A DNA stretch of 43,160 bases from Candidatus Saccharimonadota bacterium (GTDB lineage Bacteria; Patescibacteriota; Saccharimonadia; Saccharimonadales; SZUA-47): positions 1-43,160 of the forward strand of contig JAYSZA010000004.1 in the NCBI GenBank assembly GCA_043727115.1, written 5' to 3'. The notes beneath the pieces are model-generated. The model was not told the DNA's origin and ran no database searches. It saw only the letters and a program-made list of their open reading frames with translations. How positions within the stretch are numbered: the first letter of the stretch is position 1; each line of letters starts with the position of its first letter. Positions 9,044 to 18,840 of the stretch are shown here, in pieces. The position numbers were made by a program, and so were the translations under genes.

Positions 9044-9703
9044 ATGAGCTTGGGTTACTACAGCATCGAAGATGATCCTATTCCGTACTCTGTTAGAGTG
9101 CCCTGTGAGCCAGATATCGAAGCAGACCCCGATGCCCTTATGAGTCAAATTATGGATGTTTCAATTGAGACACGGGAACATGCAGTGCATCCTGAAGGTT
9201 TTTTTGTGTCCGAGACGTCTTTTGTAAGAGGTCGTGATGGCCTAGTTTATATAGTGAGTGGCGCTAATTTTAATCCTGTCAGTGGCGTGGACCCACGCAG
9301 GATTTGTGCACTTGGCGTGATGTTTAACGAGGTCGTACATGTTGGTGATATATTTGGTGGTGCTGTTTTAATACGCAGTCCAGAGCAAATGAAACGTATT
9401 GTTGGGTGCCGCGACTCAAAGACGCTGCATAGTTGCGGGCCTTGTCGACCTGTTGTTGCACGAATTGACCCTATGACTGTCATGGCGGGCATAAGAGGAG
9501 ATGGGCGAGATGTTGAAGAGGCTCTTACTATTGGGCAGAAAATAGACTATCACGATTTTGGTGGTAGCTATCCGCGAACTCCTCGAGGGGTCTCGCCTGC
9601 TAGGTTCTTTTTTGAGGCCGTTAGATTTGGCCTAAATGCTGTGATTAGTAGAGACCCTAGCCAGCTCATTCAGAGAACGATTGATCCTGCAGACAGAACC
9701 TAG
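9044..9703 (+). CDS. Cytidine-deaminase-fold-like protein lacking the catalytic Glu (CAE replaced by CAL)
   Basis: 'DGLVYIVSGANF...ICALGVM' and 'HSCGPCRPVV' align by eye with the 'CAE' and 'PCGxCRQ' zinc motifs of tetrameric CDA. The gene starts 4 nt after the ArsR-like gene. Confidence 0.35.
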   Translation: MSLGYYSIEDDPIPYSVRVPCEPDIEADPDALMSQIMDVSIETREHAVHPEGFFVSETSFVRGRDGLVYIVSGANFNPVSGVDPRRICALGVMFNEVVHVGDIFGGAVLIRSPEQMKRIVGCRDSKTLHSCGPCRPVVARIDPMTVMAGIRGDGRDVEEALTIGQKIDYHDFGGSYPRTPRGVSPARFFFEAVRFGLNAVISRDPSQLIQRTIDPADRT

Positions 9704-10275
9704 TAGTCGATGCCCTTGTTGGCTAGGAATTTGTCGTCGAAGTGATGTTTTATTTTGGTCATGTTAGTTGCTATATCGGTATACTGCACAAATTCTTGTG
9801 GGAAGTTTCTGCCAGTTACGCAAATGCTGGTTTTGGGTGAGCGCTTTGTTAGCAGTTTTTTCAAGGATGCTTTGGGTAGTAGCCCGTCATGGACTGAGTT
9901 GTTGATTTCGTCACAAATAACTAGATCGTAGTCGCCTGACATTGCCTTTTCTATCGCAATGTTGAATGTGTCAATCGCTGCCTTTTTGTGTTCTGCCTCA
10001 GAAACACCTTTAGCGCTAATTTCACCAGCATTATAGAACCCCTTACCTCCACGGAAATAGAATAATTTGTCTCCAAATACATTGGCCTCAACTACTCTAT
10101 CAATGAATTTTGACTCGCCCGTTTCCCAGGTTTTGACGAACTGAATATAGGCTACGCGCCAATCTCTACCCAAAGCGCGTGCCAACAGGCCAACACTTGC
10201 ACTGGTTTTACCCTTACCCTCACCGGTGTATACAACGACGACTGCATCTTTTGTTTGAAAATCTTCAAAAGCCAT
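9700..10275 (-). CDS. cobO: Cob(I)yrinic acid a,c-diamide adenosyltransferase (CobA/CobO/BtuR family)
   Basis: 'YTGEGKGKTSASVGLLARALG', 'YIQFVK', 'DLVICDEIN' and 'VTGRNFP' are family hallmarks. Confidence 0.8.
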   Translation of the reverse strand: MAFEDFQTKDAVVVVYTGEGKGKTSASVGLLARALGRDWRVAYIQFVKTWETGESKFIDRVVEANVFGDKLFYFRGGKGFYNAGEISAKGVSEAEHKKAAIDTFNIAIEKAMSGDYDLVICDEINNSVHDGLLPKASLKKLLTKRSPKTSICVTGRNFPQEFVQYTDIATNMTKIKHHFDDKFLANKGIDY

Positions 10276-10338
10276 AAATATATTCTAACAAGTGTTTAAG
10301 TGACTTTCTGAAATAAATTATAAAATTTGTATCATTAT

Positions 10339-10656
10339 CTAGTCTTTGGACGAGCCTGCAATACCAAAGAGTGTGAGAATGCCAGCTAGGATAATGCCGA
10401 TAGTAATTGAAATAACGCTAATCGCAGCAGAAATATTAAACAGAGTGAACCCAGCAATTAGAAGTGTTATTGCAAGCACAAACATGACGGAATCTAACTT
10501 TTTGCCACTGATAATCCAGGCAAGGTACCCGATAACAGCTATGACAATAAGGAACACAGGAACCGCCACATACCAAGGCGCAACTACATGCGAGACAGTC
10601 TCGGCAGTATCAACATGGGTTTCTCCGTCATGGGCAAACTGTTCTATCAAATTCAT
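10339..10656 (-). CDS. Small membrane protein (105 aa, 3 TM)
   Basis: Hydrophobic ORF with no recognised motif. Confidence 0.45.
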   Translation of the reverse strand: MNLIEQFAHDGETHVDTAETVSHVVAPWYVAVPVFLIVIAVIGYLAWIISGKKLDSVMFVLAITLLIAGFTLFNISAAISVISITIGIILAGILTLFGIAGSSKD

Positions 10657-10679
10657 TTACTTATATTGTAACAAAAATA

Positions 10680-11270
10680 CTAATGCTGATTATTTGAATC
10701 TAAACGAACTATTTGCTTTGAGTAAAACCCGATCGTTGTTTCTTGTACTAGATGCGTAAACTCATCTCCCCCTGCGGCAAAGATAAACAGCTCAAGTGCT
10801 GCATGCCCAATTCTAGAAGAAGATTCCGATATAGCGTCTTGGTGATAAAGTTCGTATCTCATATAGCCCCGGTGAACGTATTCTATGGGACTGAATTCTG
10901 CAGCTATGTGCGCATGTAGTCTGTCGTTGATTTGTGGAATTCTGTAGGCCTGCTGGATAGTTCTTGGTGTGTCAGTAAATGAGTCTCGTATGTCTTTTGA
11001 AAAAACAATCTCAGTTTTCAGAAATTTGCCTATACCGGCTACGGTTTTCTGCCGTCTGCCCTCTACCCACAACCGTGTCTGACGATCCAAGACAGGAGCA
11101 GTTGCAAGTGTTTTACGAAGAAACTCTAACTTGTATTCCGCAGTTTGAGGTAACGGTACCAATGTATGACCTGTATCAATGCCCCAAAATTTAGTAGCAA
11201 ATTTACCAACTGCACCATCTACTAATTCCCAATTAACCCCTGCGGATGAGTTCACTCCAGCTGTTCCCAT
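10680..11270 (-). CDS. Hypothetical protein (196 aa)
   Basis: Long ORF co-directional with the neighbouring genes. No family recognised. Confidence 0.45.
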   Translation of the reverse strand: MGTAGVNSSAGVNWELVDGAVGKFATKFWGIDTGHTLVPLPQTAEYKLEFLRKTLATAPVLDRQTRLWVEGRRQKTVAGIGKFLKTEIVFSKDIRDSFTDTPRTIQQAYRIPQINDRLHAHIAAEFSPIEYVHRGYMRYELYHQDAISESSSRIGHAALELFIFAAGGDEFTHLVQETTIGFYSKQIVRLDSNNQH

Positions 11271-11409
11271 AATCGGAGATTACCATAAATATTATGTAGT
11301 GTCATTGATATATTTCACTACACCACATGTAGCGTAGTAAAATATAAATTTATCATGTAAACAACAAAGACTAAGGCTGTGTCCAAATCGGTGGAGTATA
11401 CTAGTTTGT

Positions 11410-12030
11410 ATGAGAGCTATTACCCGGAAACAAGCAATTACTTTAGCTTTCGCCTTTTTCCTTGGAGCATTTTGGATAATTGCGATTAGGTTTGTTACGG
11501 TTGAGAAAAAGGAAGTACATTATCACGCTAATTTTGCAGTGTTCGTGGACGGCGAGCGCCTGCCGTTTGACAACTTCCTGTTCTACGAAGAAGTTCAGAG
11601 CTGTGGAGGTGACGAGGTCAATAACCCTAAGATTAGGGTTCACATGCATGACCAGAAAAATTATCTACTTCATGTGCACGATAACGGTGCTACTTGGGGA
11701 CACTTTTTTGCTAACCTAGGAATGACTGCTGGCGACACACTGTTTAAAACCGACAAAGAAACATTCGTGGAAAGTGCCGACGATGTACAAATTCGTTATG
11801 AATTGAACGGAAATGAAGTACAGACAATAGCTAACCGCACCATTAGTTCAGAAGATACGTTGCTTGTGAGTATCGGCACGCCGACAGATGAGGATTTGCA
11901 AGATCAATACACCCAAATTACTCGTGATGCCGCAGAATACAACAAGAAAAACGATCCATCTAGTTGCAGTGGTGGGAAGCCGTTCACATTTACGGAACGG
12001 TTAAAAGAAGCCTTAGGCATTAGTAACTAA
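11410..12030 (+). CDS. Membrane-anchored extracytoplasmic protein with His-rich motifs
   Basis: N-terminal TM helix. 'HYHANFAVFVDG', 'RVHMHD' and 'LLHVHDNG' repeats suggest possible metal binding. Confidence 0.45.
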   Translation: MRAITRKQAITLAFAFFLGAFWIIAIRFVTVEKKEVHYHANFAVFVDGERLPFDNFLFYEEVQSCGGDEVNNPKIRVHMHDQKNYLLHVHDNGATWGHFFANLGMTAGDTLFKTDKETFVESADDVQIRYELNGNEVQTIANRTISSEDTLLVSIGTPTDEDLQDQYTQITRDAAEYNKKNDPSSCSGGKPFTFTERLKEALGISN

Positions 12031-12062
12031 CAATTATTGATTGGAAATTTTGAACCAAATTA

Positions 12063-12092
12063 TTGATTCAAACAGGGGTGTTATGCTACACT
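12063..12092 (+). promoter_or_regulatory. atp operon promoter TTGATT-18 nt-TGcTACACT, 7 nt from the ATG at 12100
   Basis: Hexamers read directly at 12063-12068 and 12087-12092, with TG at 12084-12085. Confidence 0.5.
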
Positions 12093-12099
12093 TGTGTCA

Positions 12100-12420
12100 A
12101 TGGGGAAAAAAGCACCTAAAGATGTGGCCACCAAAGGAGTCACGGCACCAGACAGCTTGATTGAAAGCAGTTTGGAAGCATTTAGCGCTAAAAGACAATT
12201 TGTCGTTTCTTCAATAAGCATGGGTTGGCAACTTGCCGGAGCGGTCATTATACCTGTTTTTATAGGTGTTAAGTTGGATCAAAGATTCAATTCCAGACCG
12301 TCGTACACGCTTGCAGCACTAGTTATCGCAGTCGGTGGAGCGATATATATTATCCAAAAAACGATTGACCAAGTTAACAAAGAACAACAAGATTATAGAG
12401 ATAGAAAGGAAAAAGATTAG
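12100..12420 (+). CDS. AtpZ/AtpI-like small membrane protein of the ATP synthase operon
   Basis: 106 aa with two TM helices. It is the first gene of the atp cluster. The ATG at 12100 is preferred to the GTG at 12094. Confidence 0.5.
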   Translation: MGKKAPKDVATKGVTAPDSLIESSLEAFSAKRQFVVSSISMGWQLAGAVIIPVFIGVKLDQRFNSRPSYTLAALVIAVGGAIYIIQKTIDQVNKEQQDYRDRKEKD

Positions 12421-13250
12421 TGCTAAATAGATTAATGCAATTCGCATCATCGGAATCAGGATCAGGACCAGTAGTACACATCGCACCCGGTAATGTTTTT
12501 GAAATCGGCGGCCTAGAGATATCCAACTCCAATTTATATATGTGGATTTGCTCTGTGCTAATCATTGCTGTACTAATCACCGTTGCCCGTCGTATGACTG
12601 TTCGGCCTAAGGGTGGATTCACGCAGTTGGTTGAAGTTGGTGCAGACTTTATTACTAATCTGCTAGAAGGTAGCCTTGGGGACAGGAAAAAAGCTATCAA
12701 ATACGCTCCCTACTTTGTGGCTATGTTCTTCTTTATCGCCATGAGCAATGTTTTGGGGCTTATACCTCTTGCCGGAGAAGCTATAACTGTCGGTGAAACT
12801 CCTCTGCTTCGGGCATTCACCGCAGATCTGAACGGAACCTTTGCAATTGCTGTCGTATCAATGGCCATGGTCCAGTATTTTGCAGTCCGTGAGTCAGGGT
12901 TCATTCGCCACATGCGTCATTTTTTTGCCGGCAAACTATGGAACCCTCTAACCTACGTGATCGGGTTTTACGAAGTATTCGGCGAGCTTGTCCGAATTTT
13001 CAGTCTTGCGCTTCGTTTGTTTTTGAACGTTGCTATCGGTGAGGTTATCATCGCTGTGTTTTCATACCTGGGTAGCAATGTCGCTCCTATTACTGCGTTT
13101 CCGTTCTTGTTGCTTGAGCTGGGTGTCGCCCTGCTTCAGGCATACATCTTCGTCATGTTATCGATTACATATTTGTCACTTGCCGTGAAGCACGGTCATG
13201 ACGAAGTCGATGAACTCGAAGCTGTAGCAGCGGAGATGAAAGCAGTTTAA
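12420..13250 (+). CDS. atpB: F0 ATP synthase subunit a
   Basis: Polytopic protein with the 'LALRLFLNVAIGE' conserved Arg helix. GTG start in a TAGTG overlap with the previous gene, with an ATG at 12435 as an alternative. Confidence 0.85.
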   Translation: MLNRLMQFASSESGSGPVVHIAPGNVFEIGGLEISNSNLYMWICSVLIIAVLITVARRMTVRPKGGFTQLVEVGADFITNLLEGSLGDRKKAIKYAPYFVAMFFFIAMSNVLGLIPLAGEAITVGETPLLRAFTADLNGTFAIAVVSMAMVQYFAVRESGFIRHMRHFFAGKLWNPLTYVIGFYEVFGELVRIFSLALRLFLNVAIGEVIIAVFSYLGSNVAPITAFPFLLLELGVALLQAYIFVMLSITYLSLAVKHGHDEVDELEAVAAEMKAV

Positions 13251-13293
13251 ATATGTTTCAAAAGAATAAAATAATGTATAGGAGTAAATAATA

Positions 13294-13527
13294 ATGTTAA
13301 ACGTTGTTGCAGAAATATCAGGAAATATAGAAATTTTCGGAAAAGGTCTTATGATTGGACTCGGAATGTTAGGGCCAGCTATCGGTATTGGACTTATGGG
13401 TATGGCATTCATGAACTCTGTTGGTCGAAATCCAGAGTCAGCCAAGTTTTTGGGTCAAGTTCTAGTGTTCGTAGCTGTTGTTGAGCTTATGGCTCTCTTG
13501 GTCTTCGCTTCACTGTTCATCATTTAA
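13294..13527 (+). CDS. atpE: F0 ATP synthase subunit c
   Basis: 77-aa hairpin protein with Gly-rich helix 1, 'RNPE' loop and a carboxylate (Glu) in helix 2. SD 'AGGAG' lies upstream. Confidence 0.9.
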   Translation: MLNVVAEISGNIEIFGKGLMIGLGMLGPAIGIGLMGMAFMNSVGRNPESAKFLGQVLVFVAVVELMALLVFASLFII

Positions 13528-13560
13528 GTATAAATTTATTAAAGTATAGAAAAGGACGCC

Positions 13561-14112
13561 ATGGGACCACTCATATTTGCGACTACAGAAGAAGTAGCGG
13601 AAGCAGCGCCTAAAGGCGGTGCGGAAGCACTTGGACTCAGCCCCAGCGCATTTTTGATTTCGACTATATCTTTCGTGATCGTGTTTTTGATATTGAAAAA
13701 GTTCGCTTTCAAGCCAATCATAAAGACTCTAGAAGAACGACGCCGTGTCATAGATGACGGTGTAAAAATGGGCTTGCAACTTGAAAAACAACGCAAGGAA
13801 TTAGACGAAGAAGTTATAAAAATTAAGCGCGAAGCACATCACGAAGCAGACAAAGTCATCGCAACCGGCCACAAAGAAGCCCGTGAAATTATGCGTGAAT
13901 CAGAAAAGAACATCGCCCGCAAAGTAGAAACTATGCTAGCAGATGCTGAGGCACGAATCGAAGAAGAGTCAGAACAAGCTCGCAAAGGATTAGAAAAAGA
14001 CATCGTAGGTCTAATATCAGAAGCAACCGAAGCGCTTGTGGGCGAAAAAGTTGATCCTAAAAAAGATGCCGAGCTAATCGACAAGATCCTGAAGGACAGA
14101 ACCCGCAAATGA
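13561..14112 (+). CDS. atpF: F0 ATP synthase subunit b
   Basis: One N-terminal TM helix followed by a long charged coiled coil. Position is between atpE and atpH. Confidence 0.8.
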   Translation: MGPLIFATTEEVAEAAPKGGAEALGLSPSAFLISTISFVIVFLILKKFAFKPIIKTLEERRRVIDDGVKMGLQLEKQRKELDEEVIKIKREAHHEADKVIATGHKEAREIMRESEKNIARKVETMLADAEARIEEESEQARKGLEKDIVGLISEATEALVGEKVDPKKDAELIDKILKDRTRK

Positions 14113-14513
14113 TAAAATCGCGCAACGAACTATCTGAAATAATCGGCAACAAGACTATGCATATTACCGACTACGACACTCTTGTCAACGAAATTGCCGC
14201 CTATTTGCTGACGCAAAACGCGACAGCAGATTTGGACTCGATAATGCGCGATGTTATGCAGTATAGATTTGAGCAAGGTGTCGTGGAAGCTATAGTCTAT
14301 AGCGCTCACGAACTTAGCCAAATTGATCTTGATGATATCGACCAAGTATTGCGGGCAGAATACCCGAGCGCTAAGTCGTACATCGTTGATCAAAAAATTG
14401 ACACAAATGTTATAGGTGGGGTCAAAATTGAGTTCCCTGGTGCGCAATTAGACCTATCCATTTTTAGTAGATTGAATTTATTTAAGCGTCAAGTTGAGGC
14501 TGGAAAGATATAA
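14109..14513 (+). CDS. atpH: F1 ATP synthase subunit delta (short, 134 aa)
   Basis: C-terminal 'VIGGVKIEF...LDLSI...L' OSCP/delta motif. ATGA overlap with atpF. Confidence 0.7.
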   Translation: MIKSRNELSEIIGNKTMHITDYDTLVNEIAAYLLTQNATADLDSIMRDVMQYRFEQGVVEAIVYSAHELSQIDLDDIDQVLRAEYPSAKSYIVDQKIDTNVIGGVKIEFPGAQLDLSIFSRLNLFKRQVEAGKI

Positions 14514-14514
14514 A

Positions 14515-16128
14515 ATGAAAAGTAGCGATATATCAATAACAGAACTAGCCAGTGACATTAGATTGGCAATCGAAGCACTAAAAAACCGTCCCGAAATTGA
14601 GCATACCGGTGTTGTTACAAGGGTTGGTGATGGTATTGCTTGGATTTACGGTCTAACTGACTGTGGTTATAACGAAATGATTATTATTGAATCCGTAAGC
14701 GGTGAATCTATCACTGCGTTTGCTTTCAATCTAAGTACAGATGAAATCGGTGCGGTAATTTTGGGTGACGACACCCATATCAAAGCCGGTGCAACAGCAA
14801 AACTAACTAACAAAGTACTAGAAGTACCTGTTGGTCCTGAGCTTGTTGGTCGTGTGGTTAACCCACTCGGTGTTCCTCTAGACGGCAAAGGTCCAATTAA
14901 GACAAATAGAACTGGTCCTGTTGAGCAGAATGCTCCAGGTGTATTAGCACGCAAAAGCGTCCATGAACCTTTGATGACAGGAATCACAGCCATTGATGGT
15001 ATGGTTCCTATCGGCCGTGGCCAGCGTGAGCTTATCATTGGCGACCGTCAGACTGGTAAAACAGCAATTGCAGTCGACACAATGATTAACCAGCACAGAC
15101 AAAACACTGGAATTATCAATATCTACGTAGCGATTGGTCAGAAGTTGAGCAAAGTCGCTCGTTTGGTCGAAAGACTAAAGCGTGAGGGCGTAATGGATCA
15201 GACAATCATCGTTGTTACTAGTGCGTCAGACCCTGCAAGTATGCAGTACCTAGCTCCGTATGCTGGTGCGACTATGGGTGAATATTTCCGCGACAACAAA
15301 CAGCACGCGCTAATTATCTATGATGATTTGACTAAGCACGCTGCAGCCTACCGTCAAATGTCACTACTACTTCGCCGTCCACCGGGCCGCGAAGCCTATC
15401 CTGGTGATGTTTTCTATTTGCACTCACGTTTACTTGAGCGTGCTGCAAAAATGAGCGATGAGCTAGGTGCTGGTTCACTAACTGCCCTACCTATCATTGA
15501 AACCCAGGCCGGTGATATCAGTGCATACATCCCTACTAACGTGATTTCGATTACCGATGGTCAGATATTCATGGAAACAAACTTGTTCTACCAGGGTATT
15601 CGCCCAGCTATTTCAGTTGGTTTGTCAGTGTCACGTGTTGGTGCGGCCGCTCAGACAAAAGCCGTCAAAAGCGTTGCCAAGTCACTTCGTATCGAACTTG
15701 CACAGTTCCGTGAACTTGCGGCCTTCAGCCAGTTTTCTACAGATCTTGACGCCGAAACTCGTCACAGAATCGAACGTGGACAGAGACTTACAGAACTTCT
15801 AAAACAACCACAGTATAGTCCGTATTCTATCTGGCAAATGTACGCAACCCTGCTTGCAGCAACTGCTGGTTGTTTTGACAAGGTAGTATTGGACAAAGTT
15901 AAACTTGCAGAGGCTAACTTGCACCGTGAATTGAAGCATGATTTCCCTAAAGACGTAGAAAGCATCAACACTGGTGCAGAACCAGACGAGAAGTTGAAAG
16001 AAAAAATCATCGCTATGGCCAACAAAATAGCCGTAAGCTACCAGCACGAAGATGCAGTAGTTACAGCAGAAACAGAAAGCCCGAAAAAGCCAGAAGCAAA
16101 AACAACAAAGAAAACTTCTAAGAAATAG
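14515..16128 (+). CDS. atpA: F1 ATP synthase subunit alpha with Lys-rich C-terminal tail
   Basis: Walker A 'GDRQTGKT' and '[24 protein letters not shown]'. Trimmed to the ATG at 14515. The last ~30 aa are a K/E/T-rich extension. Confidence 0.95.
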   Translation: MKSSDISITELASDIRLAIEALKNRPEIEHTGVVTRVGDGIAWIYGLTDCGYNEMIIIESVSGESITAFAFNLSTDEIGAVILGDDTHIKAGATAKLTNKVLEVPVGPELVGRVVNPLGVPLDGKGPIKTNRTGPVEQNAPGVLARKSVHEPLMTGITAIDGMVPIGRGQRELIIGDRQTGKTAIAVDTMINQHRQNTGIINIYVAIGQKLSKVARLVERLKREGVMDQTIIVVTSASDPASMQYLAPYAGATMGEYFRDNKQHALIIYDDLTKHAAAYRQMSLLLRRPPGREAYPGDVFYLHSRLLERAAKMSDELGAGSLTALPIIETQAGDISAYIPTNVISITDGQIFMETNLFYQGIRPAISVGLSVSRVGAAAQTKAVKSVAKSLRIELAQFRELAAFSQFSTDLDAETRHRIERGQRLTELLKQPQYSPYSIWQMYATLLAATAGCFDKVVLDKVKLAEANLHRELKHDFPKDVESINTGAEPDEKLKEKIIAMANKIAVSYQHEDAVVTAETESPKKPEAKTTKKTSKK

Positions 16129-16141
16129 GACTCTATAGACT

Positions 16142-17007
16142 ATGGCAAACACAATTACTCTAAAACGTAGAATCGGAAGCGTAAAGAATACGCGTCAGAT
16201 TACTAAAGCTATGGAGTTGGTTGCCGCCAGTAAAATGCGCAGAGCTCAAGAATACGCAAAATCTGGTAGGGTCTACCGCGAAGCCGCTTATTCCCTACTG
16301 ACTAGACTGAGCGCGATTACCGAAGTCAACGAACACCCGTTGTTCGCCGTACGTGAGGTTAAGAAGCGAGTCTACGTTGTGATTACCAGCAACAGAGGTT
16401 TGGCCGGAGCATATAACTCTAATATTTTGCGTCTACTTGCCAAGTCAATCATCGAAGATGACGCCGCTGGTATAAATTCATCCGTTATTGCAGTTGGTAA
16501 ACAAGCTGCAAACTTTGCTCGTAGACTAGAACAAGTAGAACTTCTAGCTGCCTACGAATCATTCGGCGACCAACCTACTGCTAACGATGTGCGTCCACTA
16601 TTGAACACAGTGTCTGAAATGTACAAAATCAAAAAAGTCGATGATGTGGTGTTGTTATATACCGATTTCAAGTCAAACATTGTGCAAATTGCCTCTAGAT
16701 TACCGCTGTTGCCTGCTCGATATGAAGAGACAGAAGATGCAGGGTCATTAGAAAACGTCACATTCGAGCCAACAATTGGCGTAGTGTTAGACAATGCGAC
16801 TGAACGACTTTTAGAAGTTCAATTGTGGCAAGCAATGTTAGAGAGCATCGCATCAGAACATTCAATGCGTATGATGGCTATGAAAAGCGCGACAGATAAC
16901 GCGTCTGATTTAATCGACGATTTGACACTCGCATTCAACACCGCACGTCAGGCAAAAATTACCCAGGAACTAGCCGAAATTACCGGCGGCGCGGAGGCGA
17001 TGAAGTA

Positions 17008-17008
<1 letters not shown>
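16142..17008 (+). CDS. atpG: F1 ATP synthase subunit gamma
   Basis: 'IKRRIGSVKNTRQITKAMELVAASKMRRAQ' N-terminus and 'ITQELAEITGGAEA' C-terminus. Confidence 0.93.
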
Positions 17009-18574
<1,566 letters not shown>

Positions 18575-18634
18575 ACCGTATTGGTTAAAACTCTAAATTT
18601 TCAAAGAACTACCCCTATAATACTCTACATAAGC

Positions 18635-18656
18635 GGTATTGTCAATACCTTTTGTG
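18635..18656 (+). terminator. Weak intrinsic terminator after atpD
   Basis: GGTATTG-T-CAATACC palindrome followed by TTTTGTGTT. The stem is AT-rich and short. Confidence 0.35.
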
Positions 18657-18667
18657 TTCTATTCATA

Positions 18668-18696
18668 TTGACTTATGCACATGTAAAGCGTACAAT
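18668..18696 (+). promoter_or_regulatory. Promoter TTGACT-17 nt-TACAAT in the atpD-int spacer
   Basis: Hexamers at 18668-18673 and 18691-18696. No ORF follows. Confidence 0.5.
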
Positions 18697-18702
18697 TAAA
18701 TT

Positions 18703-18787
18703 ACGTTGATTGAACACATAGCCCGAAGTGAGAGCTTTAGGTTATGTGAAAACATGACTAAAAGGCTCTGAGCAATCAGGGCTTTTC
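18703..18787 (+). ncRNA. Candidate ~85-nt sRNA: one 9-bp hairpin plus a GNRA-capped terminator
   Basis: Hairpin CACATAGCC/GGTTATGTG (18715-18748, one G-U pair). Terminator GCTCTGA-GCAA-TCAGGGC (18765-18782, one U-G pair) followed by TTTT. The wobble pairs only form in the + strand RNA. Confidence 0.4.
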
Positions 18788-18840
18788 TCATAGGCTCTCT
18801 TAAAAACTCAGAACATACGGTATAAAGATACCGATAGTTG

